DNA of 64,000 nucleotides from contig NC_058383.1 in assembly GCF_018350175.1 (NCBI RefSeq), positions 29,946,001 to 30,010,000 on the forward strand, read 5' to 3'. The translations under genes were made by a program, and so were the position numbers. The notes under the pieces were generated by a model. It ran no database searches. It saw only the letters and a list, made by a program, of their open reading frames with translations, and had not been told where the DNA came from. This stretch comes from Felis catus (Eukaryota). Each line of letters opens with the position of its first letter. Position 1 is the stretch's first letter. Below are positions 47,650-59,982 of the stretch, in pieces.

Positions 47650-48395
47650 AGTGTGTGTGTTTGTGCACAGCGATTGTGTATCTACCTTCTGGGGGTGGGG
47701 TGGGGTGATGGTGTGCCTGACGTGTGAGTGCCTCTAAGTACCTATGCGCCTGAGTGCGTGTTCATGCCTGTGCCTGTGTATCATGTGTGTGGTCCGATGT
47801 CTTTGTGTGTATGTGTGAGCCTCTCAGAATTCGTATGTGAGTCTATGTGTGGACCTGAACGTTTGTGCTCTATGTGCATGTGTGAGCATGTGAGTTCACT
47901 AGTGCAAGCACACGTCAATTTTGTGTTTGTGTTCTTTTTTTTTAATTTTTTTTTAACGTTTATTCATTTTAGAGACAGAGAGAGACAGAGCATGAATGGG
48001 GGAAGGTCAGAGAGAGAGGAAGACACAGAATCCGAAACAGGCTCCAGGCTCTGAGCTGTCAGCACAGAGCCCGACGCAGGGCTCGAGCTCACGGACCGCG
48101 AGATCATGACCTGAGCCGGTTGGTAGCCCAACCGACTGAGCCACCCAGGCGCCCCAGTGTTTGTGTTCTTAAGAATGCATGTGGATGAATGTGCTGGCTG
48201 TGTGACTATTATTTTAAGAGTGTTGGGGGTGCGTGTGAATATTCAAACAGGTAGGCACCCATACATGTGAATATCTGTGCACCTGCTGAAATCCTAATTT
48301 GTGCTTGTGTGTGTTTCAGTGAATATTTATCCATGTCTGTGCGTCTGATACATTTGTGTGTGCTGGTAAGGGTGTATGTATGTGTGTACATGCTT
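47650..48395. repeat. Degenerate TG-rich low-complexity tract split by a SINE
   Basis: Dense tgtg/atgt motifs. Confidence 0.7.
47937..48155 (-). mobile_element. Can-SINE, young
   Basis: Perfect TSD gtgtttgtgttctt at 47923-36 and 48157-70; CpGs retained. Confidence 0.97.
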
Positions 48396-48460
48396 GTGGG
48401 GAGGGGAGGGGGAGACAGAAGGAGAAAGAGGAGAGAAGCAAAGATCTTCAGTGCCTTTTT

Positions 48461-48478
48461 ATTTTATAGTTTGTTTGT

Positions 48479-48525
<47 letters not shown>

Positions 48526-48529
48526 TTTG

Positions 48530-48560
<31 letters not shown>

Positions 48561-48739
48561 TGTGAGAGAGAGGGAGCACAAGCAGGGAGGGCAGAGAGAA
48601 GAAGAGACAGAATCCCAAAGAGACTCCATGCTTTCAGAGCAGAGCTGGCCGTGGGGCTCGAACTCACACACTGTGAGATTGTGACCTGAGCCGAGATCCA
48701 GAGTTGGACGCTTCCTCAGCCCTGCTACCCAGGCGCCGC
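48461..48739 (-). mobile_element. Can-SINE with (TTTA)n and (GA)n tail microsatellites
   Basis: TSD tcttcagtgccttttt at 48445-60 and 48743-58. Confidence 0.95.
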
Positions 48740-49394
48740 AGGTCTTCAGTGCCTTTTTATCTTTGTGTCCATCACTCCTCAGATTGATTGCCTTCTCTGC
48801 TTCCTCTTCTCAAGAAGGAAACAGGAACAAAGACCATGGAAACTCAGAGGGAAAACAGTTAGTAGTCAGTTAGCTCCCCTTCCCCTTTCCCAGTGACTAC
48901 TTACTGATACTTTAAAAAATACAGTGTATTAAAAATGTAAGGTGGAAGCTATTTTAAAGAGCTTCATTGTATATCTGACATTCTCAGATAGGCCTGGAGT
49001 GAGAAGGGCCAGACTCTCACCCGTGCACCTTGCTCCATTTACGTTCCGATGGACTACGCATCTCAGAGAATGTGCTGGAAACCCTCAGCATAGCTGTGCG
49101 TTTACTGATCCATGTTTAAAAGTTGCCACTTGGGTGGTTTTAGAAAGGATGAGGAGGACGTTTTGGTGCTGGAAGGGGAAGCCAGTGGATTTTAACTGTG
49201 ATCTCAGAAAATTCAAATTATATGTAGAAGGTTTGAGCTGGCGAGGCACTTATATTTTGTCTGGTTTCACTTTCCAACTGCATGATGAGGAAACTGAGGC
49301 CTACGGTAGGAGAATTTCTAGGGGCTGGAGAGACAGCAGTAAGAAGATGGATGAGATCTCCACGGAGCTTAGAACTTGATGAGGGAGACTTGGG

Positions 49395-49790
49395 CTAGCT
49401 CATGCTTCTCCAGCCACACTGCTTTCTTCCCATTCCTCCAAGCTCTCTCCTGCCCCAGGGACTTTGCACTTGCTGTTCTCGCTTCCTGGAATAGTCTGGA
49501 CTTTACGTGGCTCATTCCTTGTCATTTGGTTCTTAGCTCCCAGATCAACCCTTCAGTGTGCCCCATCTGAAATACTCCACACCCCCAGAGTCATCTCCAA
49601 CAGACCACCCCGTTTGTCTCTGTAGCCATTCACACTAAATACGGTGATCCCATTTGTGTGTGTAACATGTCTTTTTGGTTTGTTTCCCCCACCTAGAACG
49701 TGAGCTCCCAAAACACCAGAATCACTTCTGTCTTCTCCCCTGGCACATACAATGGCCCAGCACATAGTATTTGTTGAATAAATGATTGAA
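49395..49790 (+). mobile_element. L2 3' remnant
   Basis: ggactttgcacttgctgttc...ctagaacgtgagctcc...cacatagtatttgttgaataaatga. Confidence 0.75.
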
Positions 49791-50023
49791 GGAAAGGAAT
49801 AACTGTAGAATCTCTCAAACTAGTAAGTTTCATGACTTAGTAAAAATAGTGGAAGAGTCTCTCTGAGGCCGTTGAGGTAAGAGCTTGGTGATGACATCTC
49901 AACCCTGTGAAGGCAGACGAAGGGACCTTGGCCCTGGGCAAGGCCTCTACAGAGGCCTGTGTTGGTGTGGCTCTGGGAGAACAGTAAGGCGGACAGTCTC
50001 AAGGGTGAGCCAGACACAAGAGC

Positions 50024-50260
50024 CAGGGGATGGCGGACCCGGGTGGGCTCACTTTTCCAGATAAGGGCTCCACAGTAAATAGTTCAGGGTTTGCAGACTC
50101 TTTGGTTCCAGTCATGACCGTTCAACTCTGCCTTTCCCCGGAAAGCAGACACCGGGGGTAAGAAGATGAGCGGGTGTGGCCATGTGCCAATAAATCTGCC
50201 TCTATGGAAAAAAACAGTAGGGTGGGCCTTGGCCCCAGAGTTGCAGTTTGCAGACCTCTC
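50024..50260. mobile_element. MER58A-like hAT MITE
   Basis: cagtaaatagttcagggtttgcag...tcaactctgcc...gccaataaa...cagtttgcagacc. Confidence 0.7.
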
Positions 50261-50736
50261 AGGTAGGCGTTCCTAGTCTGTTCATCTGCCGGGCATCGTC
50301 TGGAAATCTCACGATCTAATTTGTGAGTGTAGAGGCCATCATCACTCTGCAGGCTGAGGAGAAGTGGACGGAGCTGGGCAGGAGGAAGCAGGGGGAGCAA
50401 GGATCTTACGGCAGTAGTCCAAGGTGAAAGCGGGGGGGCGGTGCTTGGGGAGGACTAGAGATTCCAAGCCCCCCTCTCTGGGCTCCTCATTTCCTTTCTT
50501 ACAGCCCAAAGGCAGCCCCGGCATTGTTCACGTGTACCTGAACTCAGCTGTCTGCCTGGTCTTCCTCGTTCCCCTGGGCTTACGCCACTCCCCGGTGTGA
50601 AATGGGCTGCTTGGGCTCTCCCCAGCGTGGAAGACTGAAATGGGGCTCTGAACGGACTGGGCTGGGCAGCAGAGGCAGTCTGTGCACGCCCGGCCACCAT
50701 GGCCCATGACCTTGTCCTCCACACTCCAGAGGCTAC

Positions 50737-50806
50737 TGAGAACGGGAGCCCTCACCTGCTCAGGGCGAAAGTGAGAACGGGAGCCCTCACCTGCTCAGGG
50801 CGAAAG
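50737..50806. repeat. Perfect 35-bp tandem duplication
   Basis: tgagaacgggagccctcacctgctcagggcgaaag x2. Confidence 0.97.
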
Positions 50807-50827
50807 GCAGGACACCACATACATCTT

Positions 50828-50828
<1 letters not shown>

Positions 50829-50865
<37 letters not shown>
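50829..50865. repeat. (CA)n microsatellite
   Basis: Seen directly. Confidence 0.98.
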
Positions 50866-50867
<2 letters not shown>

Positions 50868-51450
50868 ATGGGCTTAGAACTTAGAGTCAGGCAACCCTAG
50901 GTTCCAATCCCATGTAGACTTAGGCAACTCGGGTGCAACTCAGTTTCTCAGATTCTCTGAATCTTCCCTTCTTCAAAAGGGATTTATAGAACTGTGGCGA
51001 GGATCCAAACAATGAGAGTGTCTTATGCTTACGTTTCCACCAGGAGTTGACATCCTGTTTTTGCTAATGTCTGATTAATAATACCTATTAGTTTATTATG
51101 ATAAGGTCTAATGAAAAGATATTACTCTTCTTAAATTATTTAACAAACATGGCAAGCTTAGAATCGTGCCTGGTACGTGGTAAACACTCAACAACCAATT
51201 ATCTCGATGTGTATTATTGCTTTACCAGTACTAACAAATGTAACCACCAAACAAGCATTGGTAATAAAGCAGTAAAGTACCGGTAAGATTTTGCAACCAT
51301 TTCTCTTCTGGTGTGATCATGCTGACAAAAACTGGTGGGGGCCCTGTTTTCTAACCACGCCCTGTAAGTAACCTTAACCATCAGACCACGTGTCCAGGGT
51401 GATGCTCTGACTTGATCAGGAAGCAGGGAGTATTCCTGGCCAATCACCCA

Positions 51451-52127
51451 TGTCTTAGTTTCTGTAACCAATGACCACAAACTGGGTGGCTTGATATGAG
51501 AGAAATCTATTCCCTCACAGTTGTGAAGGCTAGAAGTCCAAGATCAAGATGTTGGTGGGGCTATGCTTCCTCTCAAGTCTCTAGGGAAGAATACTTCCTT
51601 TACTCTTCTAGCTTCTGGTGGCACAGGCATGTCTTGGCTTGTGGCTGCATCCCTCCAATCTCTCCCTTTGCATTCACATGGCCTCTTCTTTGTGTCTGAG
51701 TCCTTTTTTTAAGTTTATTTATTTATTTTTGAAAGACAGAGAGACAGAGCAAGCAGGGGAGGGGCAGAGAGAGAGGGAGAGAGAATCCCAAGCAGTCTCC
51801 ACACTGTCAGCTCAGACACTGATGAGTGGCTCGAACTTACAAACCGTGAGGTCACAACCTGAGCCAAAACCACCAGTCAGAATGACTTAACCGACTTAAA
51901 CAACTGAGCCACCCAGGCACCCCAGTGTCTGATTCCTTTAAAAAAACAACAGTTCTTATAAGACACTCTTTGTATTTAGGGTCCATTTTAATCCAGTATG
52001 ATCTCATCTCAATCCTTAATTACTTTAATTACATCTGAAAAGACTCTATTTCCAAATAAGGTCGTATCTTGAGATTCTGGGTGCTCCTGAATTTTGGTGA
52101 GGAGGGTCATTATTTAGTCCACTATAC
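51451..52127 (-). mobile_element. MLT1B/C-like MaLR LTR split by a SINE
   Basis: tgtcttagtt...gaccacaaactgggtggctt...gaagtccaagatcaagatgttgg...ctatttccaaataaggtc. Confidence 0.85.
51704..51923 (-). mobile_element. Can-SINE
   Basis: TSD gtgtctgaKtccttt. Confidence 0.94.
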
Positions 52128-52305
52128 CCCCTAACCTGAAAACTCTACTCTTCCTGCTGGATGCCCTCTCATCCTTCATTCTGTGAGTGTAGCATCCTTT
52201 CTACATGACTGATCCACTCACAGATAAGAGTTCCCTAGAATCATCCTTACTCTCTTGAGCAGTACCCCTTTCAGTTAATGGTGGTTGAGTCAGAAGGTGG
52301 TTCAG

Positions 52306-52525
52306 TTTTATTTATTTATTTATTTATTTAGTTAGTTAGTTAGTTAGTTAGTTAGATAGTTATAGGGGGAGGGATAGAGAGAGAGGGAGAGCAAGAATCC
52401 CAAGGAGGCTCCGCGCTGTCAGTGCGGAGCCTGAAGCAGAGCTGGATCCTATGAACCGTGAGATCATGACCTGACCCGAAATCAAGAGTTGGATGCTTAG
52501 CCAACTGAGCCATCCAGACACACCT
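52306..52525 (-). mobile_element. Can-SINE with (TTTA)n/(TTAG)n tail
   Basis: TSD tggtYcagttYtt. Confidence 0.93.
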
Positions 52526-52539
52526 GGTCCAGTTCTTAA

Positions 52540-53022
52540 CAACTGTGCAAAGGAAATGCTGTCCCTGAAGACCCAAACAAGAAACTATCTAAATTTCCAT
52601 TAAACAGAGAATGCATAAGCAAGCTGTGATACATCCGTACAATGGAGTCCTCCTCAGCAATCCAAAGGATCAAACAACTGTTACATGCAACCACATCAAT
52701 GACTTTCAGAAGCGTTATACTGACAGAGGAAAGATATACACAAAAGAGGACACAAGGTAGAATTTCATTCATATGCAAATTTAGAGAAAGTAAAGCTACA
52801 CTACAGTGATAGAAAACAGAAAGTGATTGCTTCCTGGGGTGGGGTCGGAGATGTATCAACTGGGAAGAGTCATGAAGAAACTTTCTGGAATGATGGATGC
52901 ATTCTATAAGCTGAATATAATGATGCTTACTCAGGTGTGTTTATCCAAACTCATTAAACTTCATTTCCATGGGTGCATATTGCTGTATATAAATTTCATC
53001 TTCAATAAACATTAAAAAAAAC
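52540..53022 (+). mobile_element. L1ME-like 3' end
   Basis: acatccgtacaatggag...acatgcaaccacat...cagtgatagaaaacaga...ttcaataaa + A tail. Confidence 0.8.
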
Positions 53023-53299
53023 TAAAAGAATGAGGGAACTTGAGGCGACATTAGGAGTGTCCTCTGTAAGGGATGTACTGTGTGCATATATGTATATCTG
53101 TGTGTTTATAACTGGATATTGACTTGAGGAAAAGACACCAATGGGTTGAAAGTTGGACTAAAACTCTTAAGGGTCCTGCCAGCTCTAATGTTACATGACA
53201 CCCCAACATCAAAAGGATATGTTGGTTGATGAAACGGGTCCTGTCTCCTGACTTGCAAGTTGACGTCAAAGATCCTCAGAGAGTGTTAGAACTCACATT

Positions 53300-53970
53300 C
53301 AGAGCAGGCTACTTGAGTGATCACCCTTCAGCCATCAAAGTTCTTGCTTTGCAGTTAACTCATTGAAGCCATTTTCTTTCTCAATATGAATCAACAGCCT
53401 TTTCTTATCATCCCTGTACACATTTTACATCCAACAGCATCTTTTAATCCAAGAAAGATTGTGTTATGAAAGTTTTGTGTGGAGCTGTGATTGCCATCCT
53501 TGGAACTGAAGATGCAATCAAAGGAGAGAATGGATGCCTTATAATTCAATGAATGGATGTGCTTCTGTGGTAATTTCCTCAGTAATTACTTGTGTAAACT
53601 GTGTGTTTCTGTAATTGAAACTCGACAGTGTGGGGTAATTCATCAAAATCTATAATTTATGGTAGCTTTTCCATCGTGTTTCTGGGATTCTCTGCTTGTC
53701 CTCATTAGGATGTTATCCCCTCACCACTACTTGAGTCCATCATAACCATTTAGACGAAGAAGCAAAACACACATTGCATTTGGGAAAAAGGTTCTGATGG
53801 GCCAGATGGAAGTTTAAAATCCATTTTCCAAAGGACACAATTGTTATTGTTGTTTGCAATATGTATTTTTTGACAGGCTCTAAGATGTGATTTATGAAAT
53901 GGTTTTGAAGAGATTGTCTACATCAACTGTCTAGATAATAACACCATTTTTCTCTCATGGTCACCAAGTA
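53300..53970. promoter_or_regulatory. Candidate conserved enhancer
   Basis: ~650 bp repeat-free; several GTAATT, ATCAAAG, AATTTATGG, TAATCC. Confidence 0.4.
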
Positions 53971-54539
53971 TTCTGAGTGTCTCACGTACCTTCACAAAAG
54001 TCTGAAAAGAGAGGCAGGGACTGAGGCATACCTTTTGTTAGTAGAGGGCATCTGAGCTTTCAGAAGGAAGCTGTGTCTCCTGTCCTGAGAATTGCCATGG
54101 AGCAATGGGAAGGGGCAGCTATGGGAGTCCCATTCCAGGCCCATACTCAAGCCACACCAGCAAATACCCAGGAGCTGTCTGTGGTGCTGACAACCACCCT
54201 CCTCTCCAGTAGATCACAGATATCAAGCCTTGCGCTGTGTTTAAAGGACCCTAAACTCAAAGAAACTTGAAAGAAACTTTAGAGAAATTTCCATAATCTC
54301 ACATATTTTAAAGCAAAATATTTGTGTTTCATCGTCAGAATGAAGTGCAGAAAAGGGGGAAAATGTAGAAAACAACATTTGCTCCTTCCACCACCAAAAG
54401 ATAATGTACTGTTAGTATTTTGACACAGTTGCTTCTAGTGTATTTTCTCTGCATTGTTGCAGTGTCACTTGATATAATTTTATATAGCATGTATAATCTC
54501 TTCATGGCATTCAAAATAATAAAAAATATAACTTTAAAT

Positions 54540-54965
54540 TGTTTTTCATTCTTTCTAAGGCATAACTTAACAGCAAAATTCATCCAGGTTAGTGCACCAT
54601 TGCTGAATTTTGCAAATGGGTACCACCACCATAATCAAGCTATAGAACAGCCCCATTGCTACCAAAATTTCCCTCATCAACCTTTTAAGTCAGCCTGTCT
54701 CTCTACTGTAGCCACTGATGTATTTTTTCTGTTCCTCTAGAAAACATTATTTTAATGACTGCTTAATATCACAACGAGTAGATATGCCATGTTTTTCTGA
54801 ATGATTTTGTTCTTTAAAACATTTAGTTGATTCTTTTTTTTATTATAAGTAATGCTATGATGAACACTTTGTGCACACAACTCTTTCAGGATTTTAAATA
54901 ATTTCCTTACTATGGAATTGCAGAAATGGGATTGATGCATGAGAGATTATGAAAGTTTTTAAGTC
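54540..54965 (-). mobile_element. Old L1ME-like fragment
   Basis: taccaccaccataatcaagctatagaac...aatgctatgatgaacactttgtgcac. Confidence 0.6.
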
Positions 54966-55107
54966 TGACTCTAGATCCAGACACCAAAATAATACCCTTG
55001 ATACTGAAAATCCAGAGGGACTATTTGTAAGAGCTTTGTAATAGGAGATGATGTGGAGTAGGTCAACACTGGTGTTGGATACCAGAGATTCTGATCATGC
55101 TACTCTT

Positions 55108-55340
55108 TTTTTCTTTGAAAAATGTTTTGTTTCTTTGAAAATGTTTTGTTTTATTTTTGAGAGAGAGAAAGAGAGAGAAAGAAGGAGGGGCAAAGAGAGA
55201 GGAAGAGACAGAACTTGAAGCAGGGTCCAGGATCCACACTGTCAGCACAGAGTTCAACCTGGGACTCAAACCCACTAACTATGAGATCATGACCTGAGCC
55301 GAAGTCGGATGCTTAACTGACTGAGCCATCCAGGCGCCCC
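55108..55340 (-). mobile_element. Can-SINE
   Basis: TSD tgatcatgcYactctt at 55092-107 and 55341-356. Confidence 0.95.
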
Positions 55341-55714
55341 TGATCATGCCACTCTTGTATTTAGTCTTCATTAACTTATTCATGACCTCAGGAAAAAAAA
55401 TGACATTCGTTTTTTGACTTTCAAGGTCTTTTATCATCTGCCCTTTGCCTATTTCTGCTGCCAGATCCTGACTTCTATGTATATGTAGATGTATGATATG
55501 CTGTAAATACACCTACTACTGTAAGTCTCTCGAATGTGCCACCTTCTTGCATGATTCCTGTTTTTGAAATGTTTGCCTTCCTTTCCAAGAAACCTCCTTT
55601 TCCCTCTAATGTCCCCCTTTTATCTGGCTTTTTAAACCACTCTCTGTGCTAAAATGGGCTAGGTGCTCTTGCTCTGTGCTCCTACACTCACTTCTGCTTA
55701 TCTCTGTGTTAGGA

Positions 55715-58330
55715 CTCATTCATTCATCTACTCAACAATCATATTGAGAGTCTACAATGTTCTGGGTTCTGCAGACATGGAAGTAAATGAGAAATACAAA
55801 ATCCCTGCCAAGTGGGAAATGACATCCTTATGTGGGTGGAGGTGATATTGGAGCAGAGACCTGAGCTATGAAAGAAGCAGCCCCAGGGATATGTAGATAA
55901 AAAAAGCTTGAGGCAGATGGCAAAACAAATGCAAAGACCCTGAGGAGTGAATGTGGTTGGCTTTTTTGGGGAGCAGTAAAAAGGCTATGCGGCTGGAGTC
56001 TGGTGAGGAAGAAGGAAGTTGTCGGAAATAAGGTTGGAGAGAAAGGTAGGTCCAGGTCATTTAAGGCGTTGTGGGTTGTGGCACAGAGTATGGCTTTTAT
56101 TGCAAATATGATGAAGCAATTAGAGCTTTTTTATTAGGAGAGCACTAAGGTAGGAGTTTTGTTTTAAGGACATCGTTCTGACTTCTGGGTGAAAAAGGGA
56201 AAATAATGGAAGAAAAGCTACCCAGTAGGAAGACATGGCAGTCACATAGTCATGAAACACTGGTGGCTTAGGCCAATGGTCAGCATACTTTTTTTTTGTC
56301 ATGGGCCAAGTGGTAAATATTTTCGGTTTTGTGGGCCAAATGGTTCCTTTCACAACCATACAATTCTGTCATTATAGTATGAAAACAGCCATAGACAATA
56401 CACACATGAATAAGGGTAGTTGTTTTCTAAGAAAACTTTATTTATGAAAACAAGATGGTGGGCTGGATTTGGGCCAAGGGCCATAGTTTGTTAACCCCTG
56501 TCTTATACTAATTCTGATGACAGTGGTGATAAATGATTGGATTAAGCATGCATTCTGGATATGGAGTAGATTTTCTCAGACAAATCAAAGTTGTGCTTTT
56601 GACCAAAGGGATTTAAGATGCTCATTAGATGTCTACATGAAGAGTTTGAATCCACAGTTGGAGATGTGGGTAAAGTGTAGAGTACTGTGGAAAGATTGGC
56701 TAGCAATATTAGTTGTGGGATTGTCAACATGCAGGTGCCATTTAAAATAATAAGAATGGATGTGGCCATCCAGGGGAAGAGTTTAGACAGGGAAGAGAAG
56801 AGAGGAGAGGAGAAGGGAGGAAGGAAAGATGAGTTTAACAATCGAGCCTTGGAGCATTTCAGCATTTAGAAACTGGCATATGAGGAAGATCCAGCAAAAG
56901 AGACTGAAGAGGAGCTTCCAGACAATAAGAGGATGGTATCTTCAGATTCAGATGATATTTTAAGGAGGATGAGTGGCCAACTGTGTTGAAGATGCTGCAG
57001 ACTCTTGTAAGAGAAGGATCAAGAGCTGATGGTTAATTTTGGCAACAGGGAGGTTATAGGCAATGTTGGTAAATGAAGTGAGTTAGATAAAAGTCAGATG
57101 GGTGCAGTTAAAATAAGCCTGGAAGGTGGAGTAATTTTGTGTAAACAGGAAAGAGAAATGGCATGGGGGTTGGGAGATGTGGTGGTAAGAGAAGTGTTCT
57201 TAAGAATGACAGTTGCTACAGTGGTACTGTATGCTTATGGGAATGATCCACAAATTGGGAATTGAGAGAATTAATGGTGGGGAGAGAAATGGCAACTGAA
57301 GCAGTCAAGTCTATGCAGAAGAAAGAGCCATAGGCTGTCCATTCAGCCTAACATGCAAGTCAGGATTAGTCTGTACAGATGCTTGTAAGTTGGGTGGGGG
57401 GGAATGGGACAATGAAGACGTTCTTTGGAATGCTTACAGTTTGTCAGTGAAAGAAGAGAAAAATCGTCCATTTGCCAAGGATGGGAGAAGAGGCATTGAG
57501 GGTTGGGGAAAAGTTTTCCTCCTGGAAAACTAAAGAGGCCAACTTTCCAGGGAAACACAGTAAGATTTTGTCACAGGACTGTGGCCATTAGGGTAAAATG
57601 AGGTCGGTGAGATGGGTGTGTGTTTCTCCAATCATACTGAGCTGCTAGGTTGCAGGCACAGAAGAGGTAAAGTACTGGTTTAACCTGGGCTTGGCTTGGC
57701 TAGGGAAGCAAAAGACAGGGCAGAGGAGGGAGAAGAGTTAAGGGTGTCCCCAAGTGATATGGTTTAGTGTCTGACCATGCACATAAACTGTGTGAAGAAG
57801 AAAGTGAGACCAGAAAAAAGATAATCAGTAATGAGATGGTGATGGAGAACCATGGAGTAGAGTCCTCCGTGGTGGTGGATTATTGGATTAGAGGGTCCCA
57901 CAAGGGGTGAGCTGGAAGGATAAGAAGGGGTGCTCAGAGAATATATTCCTTAAATTAGAGGTCTTAGCTCTGGTGCATTCAGAATTCTAGGGTGCATCCA
58001 TACAGATGTGTAGCTGAGGTGAGGAAGAAGATTTATGGAGGTAGGGTGGCCAAGGACCCAAGAAACTAGTTCCTGTGATGGATAACTGGGTGGGTAATTT
58101 GAGTGGGTATTGGAGTCACAAGGAAAGGTAACGGGAATAATGGTGGACAGGAAGACAGCGATGCAGGTGCTAAAATCTTCAGCAGGTGAGAATAACCATG
58201 AGGTCAGCTGAAGACTAAAAAGAAGGGGCTCTGAGGGTCAAGGTTTGGTGTGAACTTCAAAAGACCTGAAATTTCAGAAGGAGAACAAATGTCTGGGAAA
58301 CAGTCATGTGTAGCAAGAATGCTTTCTCAC
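55715..58330 (-). mobile_element. Long L2 remnant split by MER58A
   Basis: tcattcattcatctactcaac 3' end; purine-rich antisense L2 body. Confidence 0.7.
56274..56500. mobile_element. MER58A hAT MITE
   Basis: gggccaagtggtaaatattttcggttttgtgggcc...aaaactttatttatg...ccatagtttgttaacccctg. Confidence 0.88.
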
Positions 58331-58365
58331 CTTTTGACATGTGAGAAAAAAAATCGTCAATCTCA

Positions 58366-58550
58366 GGGGCACTTGGGTGGCTCAGTCGGTTAAGTGTCCG
58401 CCTCTTGATTTTGGCTTGAGTCATGATATCATGGTTCGTGAGTTTGAGCCCAGGGTTGGGCTTTGTGCTGTCAGCTTGGGATTCTCTCTCTGCCCCTCCC
58501 CTTCTCATGTAATCTCTCCCCCCCCCCCAAATAAATAAATAAATATTTTT
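58366..58550 (+). mobile_element. Can-SINE
   Basis: Head and tail; tcaatctca in both flanks. Confidence 0.94.
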
Positions 58551-58989
58551 AAAAAAGTGATCAATCTCAAAGGGTAGTCATATTTTGGCCAGCATATGTA
58601 TATCGTATTACTCTTTTATGTTGACAAGAAAACTGAGGCTCAGTGAGATTAGGCAACTTGCCTAAGTCCATAAGGCAGCTTGAACTTGAGCCCACATCTG
58701 CCTATTCCAGAACCTGTGCTCTGGCTTGGTGCCATTTGTGAATCTGAATATCACACTCTCTTTCATTTTGGCAGGTGTTACCCTTCTGCCCTGGCCACAT
58801 AGCTTGCTCCCTCTAAGGTTGCCCCCTGAGGTTACTCAGAAAGTTCTTGGCATTTGAAGCCTTGTCCAGGGCTGAGCTTGACTGAGAATCCTTGAATGTT
58901 GTCCTCAGGGTTAATGACCTGTATAGGGAATTCACCCTTGACTTTTCCTCCCTTCCAGATTCTATTCAGAGCAGGGACAAGTTGGTAAT

Positions 58990-59290
58990 GACAGCTGGTT
59001 TTCATTCTCTTGGTGCTGACAGGGAGATAATGAGTCAAATTGGCCTTGGTTATGAAATGAAGCCCTGGAAGGGAATTATCATCAGACTCCTTGGTGGGGA
59101 GAGCAGAGAAAGGGATTTAAATTAAAGCGGTAACTGCCGACTTGGTTGGCATTCAGACAGTCTCTTTAAGTCTTTCTTCCTCTCCATGTCATCATTAAAT
59201 GAGACAAATCAGGCAACTGGTAAATGGGAGGAAGGTAGGTAGATGCTCAGACCCTGTGATAGTTAATCTGTAATAGCTCTCATTTCAGTT
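58990..59290. promoter_or_regulatory. Candidate enhancer
   Basis: TGCTGAC, AGATAA, TGAGTCA, TAAATTAA, TGTCATCATTAA, TAATCT. Confidence 0.3.
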
Positions 59291-59599
59291 CTGAGCCATG
59301 CACTGAACATGAAGCATTCTCTGCGGTCCTCACTGCAATCCTTCAAGGTGGGGGGACTTCCACCTGCCCTTTGTACAGGATGGCAACTGAGTCACAGTCT
59401 GATATTACTTGAGGTCTCACATACATCTCTCTGAAATCTTCCCCTTCTCCGTCTCATGATGTTCACTCTCTAGGGACCCTATTCATTTGCCTTGAATTTG
59501 TTTTGTTTTGTTTTTTTTTTAGAAGCTGGAAGGAAGAAGGGAGGCCAAATCAGGAGGTGAAATGAAATTTCCTTGTGGTCTTCCTCTCCTCTGTATCAT

Positions 59600-59822
59600 G
59601 GACTCTAGTGCGTGGCTGCCTGGGTTAAAATATTGCCTCTGTCACCTACCATCTGTGTGACCTCAGGGAAATCACTTAGTCTCTCTGAAACTCATTTTCT
59701 CCATCCATAAAATTGGGATCATTATGACATCTATCTCATGATGTTGTCATGAGGATTAAATAATTTAAGTACGTTAATCCTTTAAAAACGTGTCTGGCAC
59801 ATAGGAAGTGTTAGCTATTATT
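59600..59822 (+). mobile_element. MIR
   Basis: tgtgtgacctcagggaaatcacttagtctctctgaaactc...gaggattaaa...tggcacatagg. Confidence 0.8.
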
Positions 59823-59982
59823 TTTCTAGTTGCTGCTGTTGTTTCTATTATTGTTAGCTAGTAATGATGATAATGATCACGTTGGCATCAGTAAGGGCTG
59901 ATCTTTTGTTCTGCCCATATTGGGATGTCAGGGTTGACTGTGACACATGATTTACGTGGAATATCTTAATTAACTCTCATAG

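Noticed and set aside
48942-49379. 145-aa plus ORF
   Set aside because: Non-ATG start, runs into a MIR fragment, no recognisable homology
50735-50806. Stem followed by GAAA resembling a hammerhead ribozyme core; CRISPR-like direct repeat
   Set aside because: The required CUGANGA does not directly precede the stem, and no stems I/III are evident; repeats are adjacent with no spacer, in a mammalian genome
482-58550. SINE strand bias (21 minus vs 13 plus)
   Set aside because: Not significant for n=34
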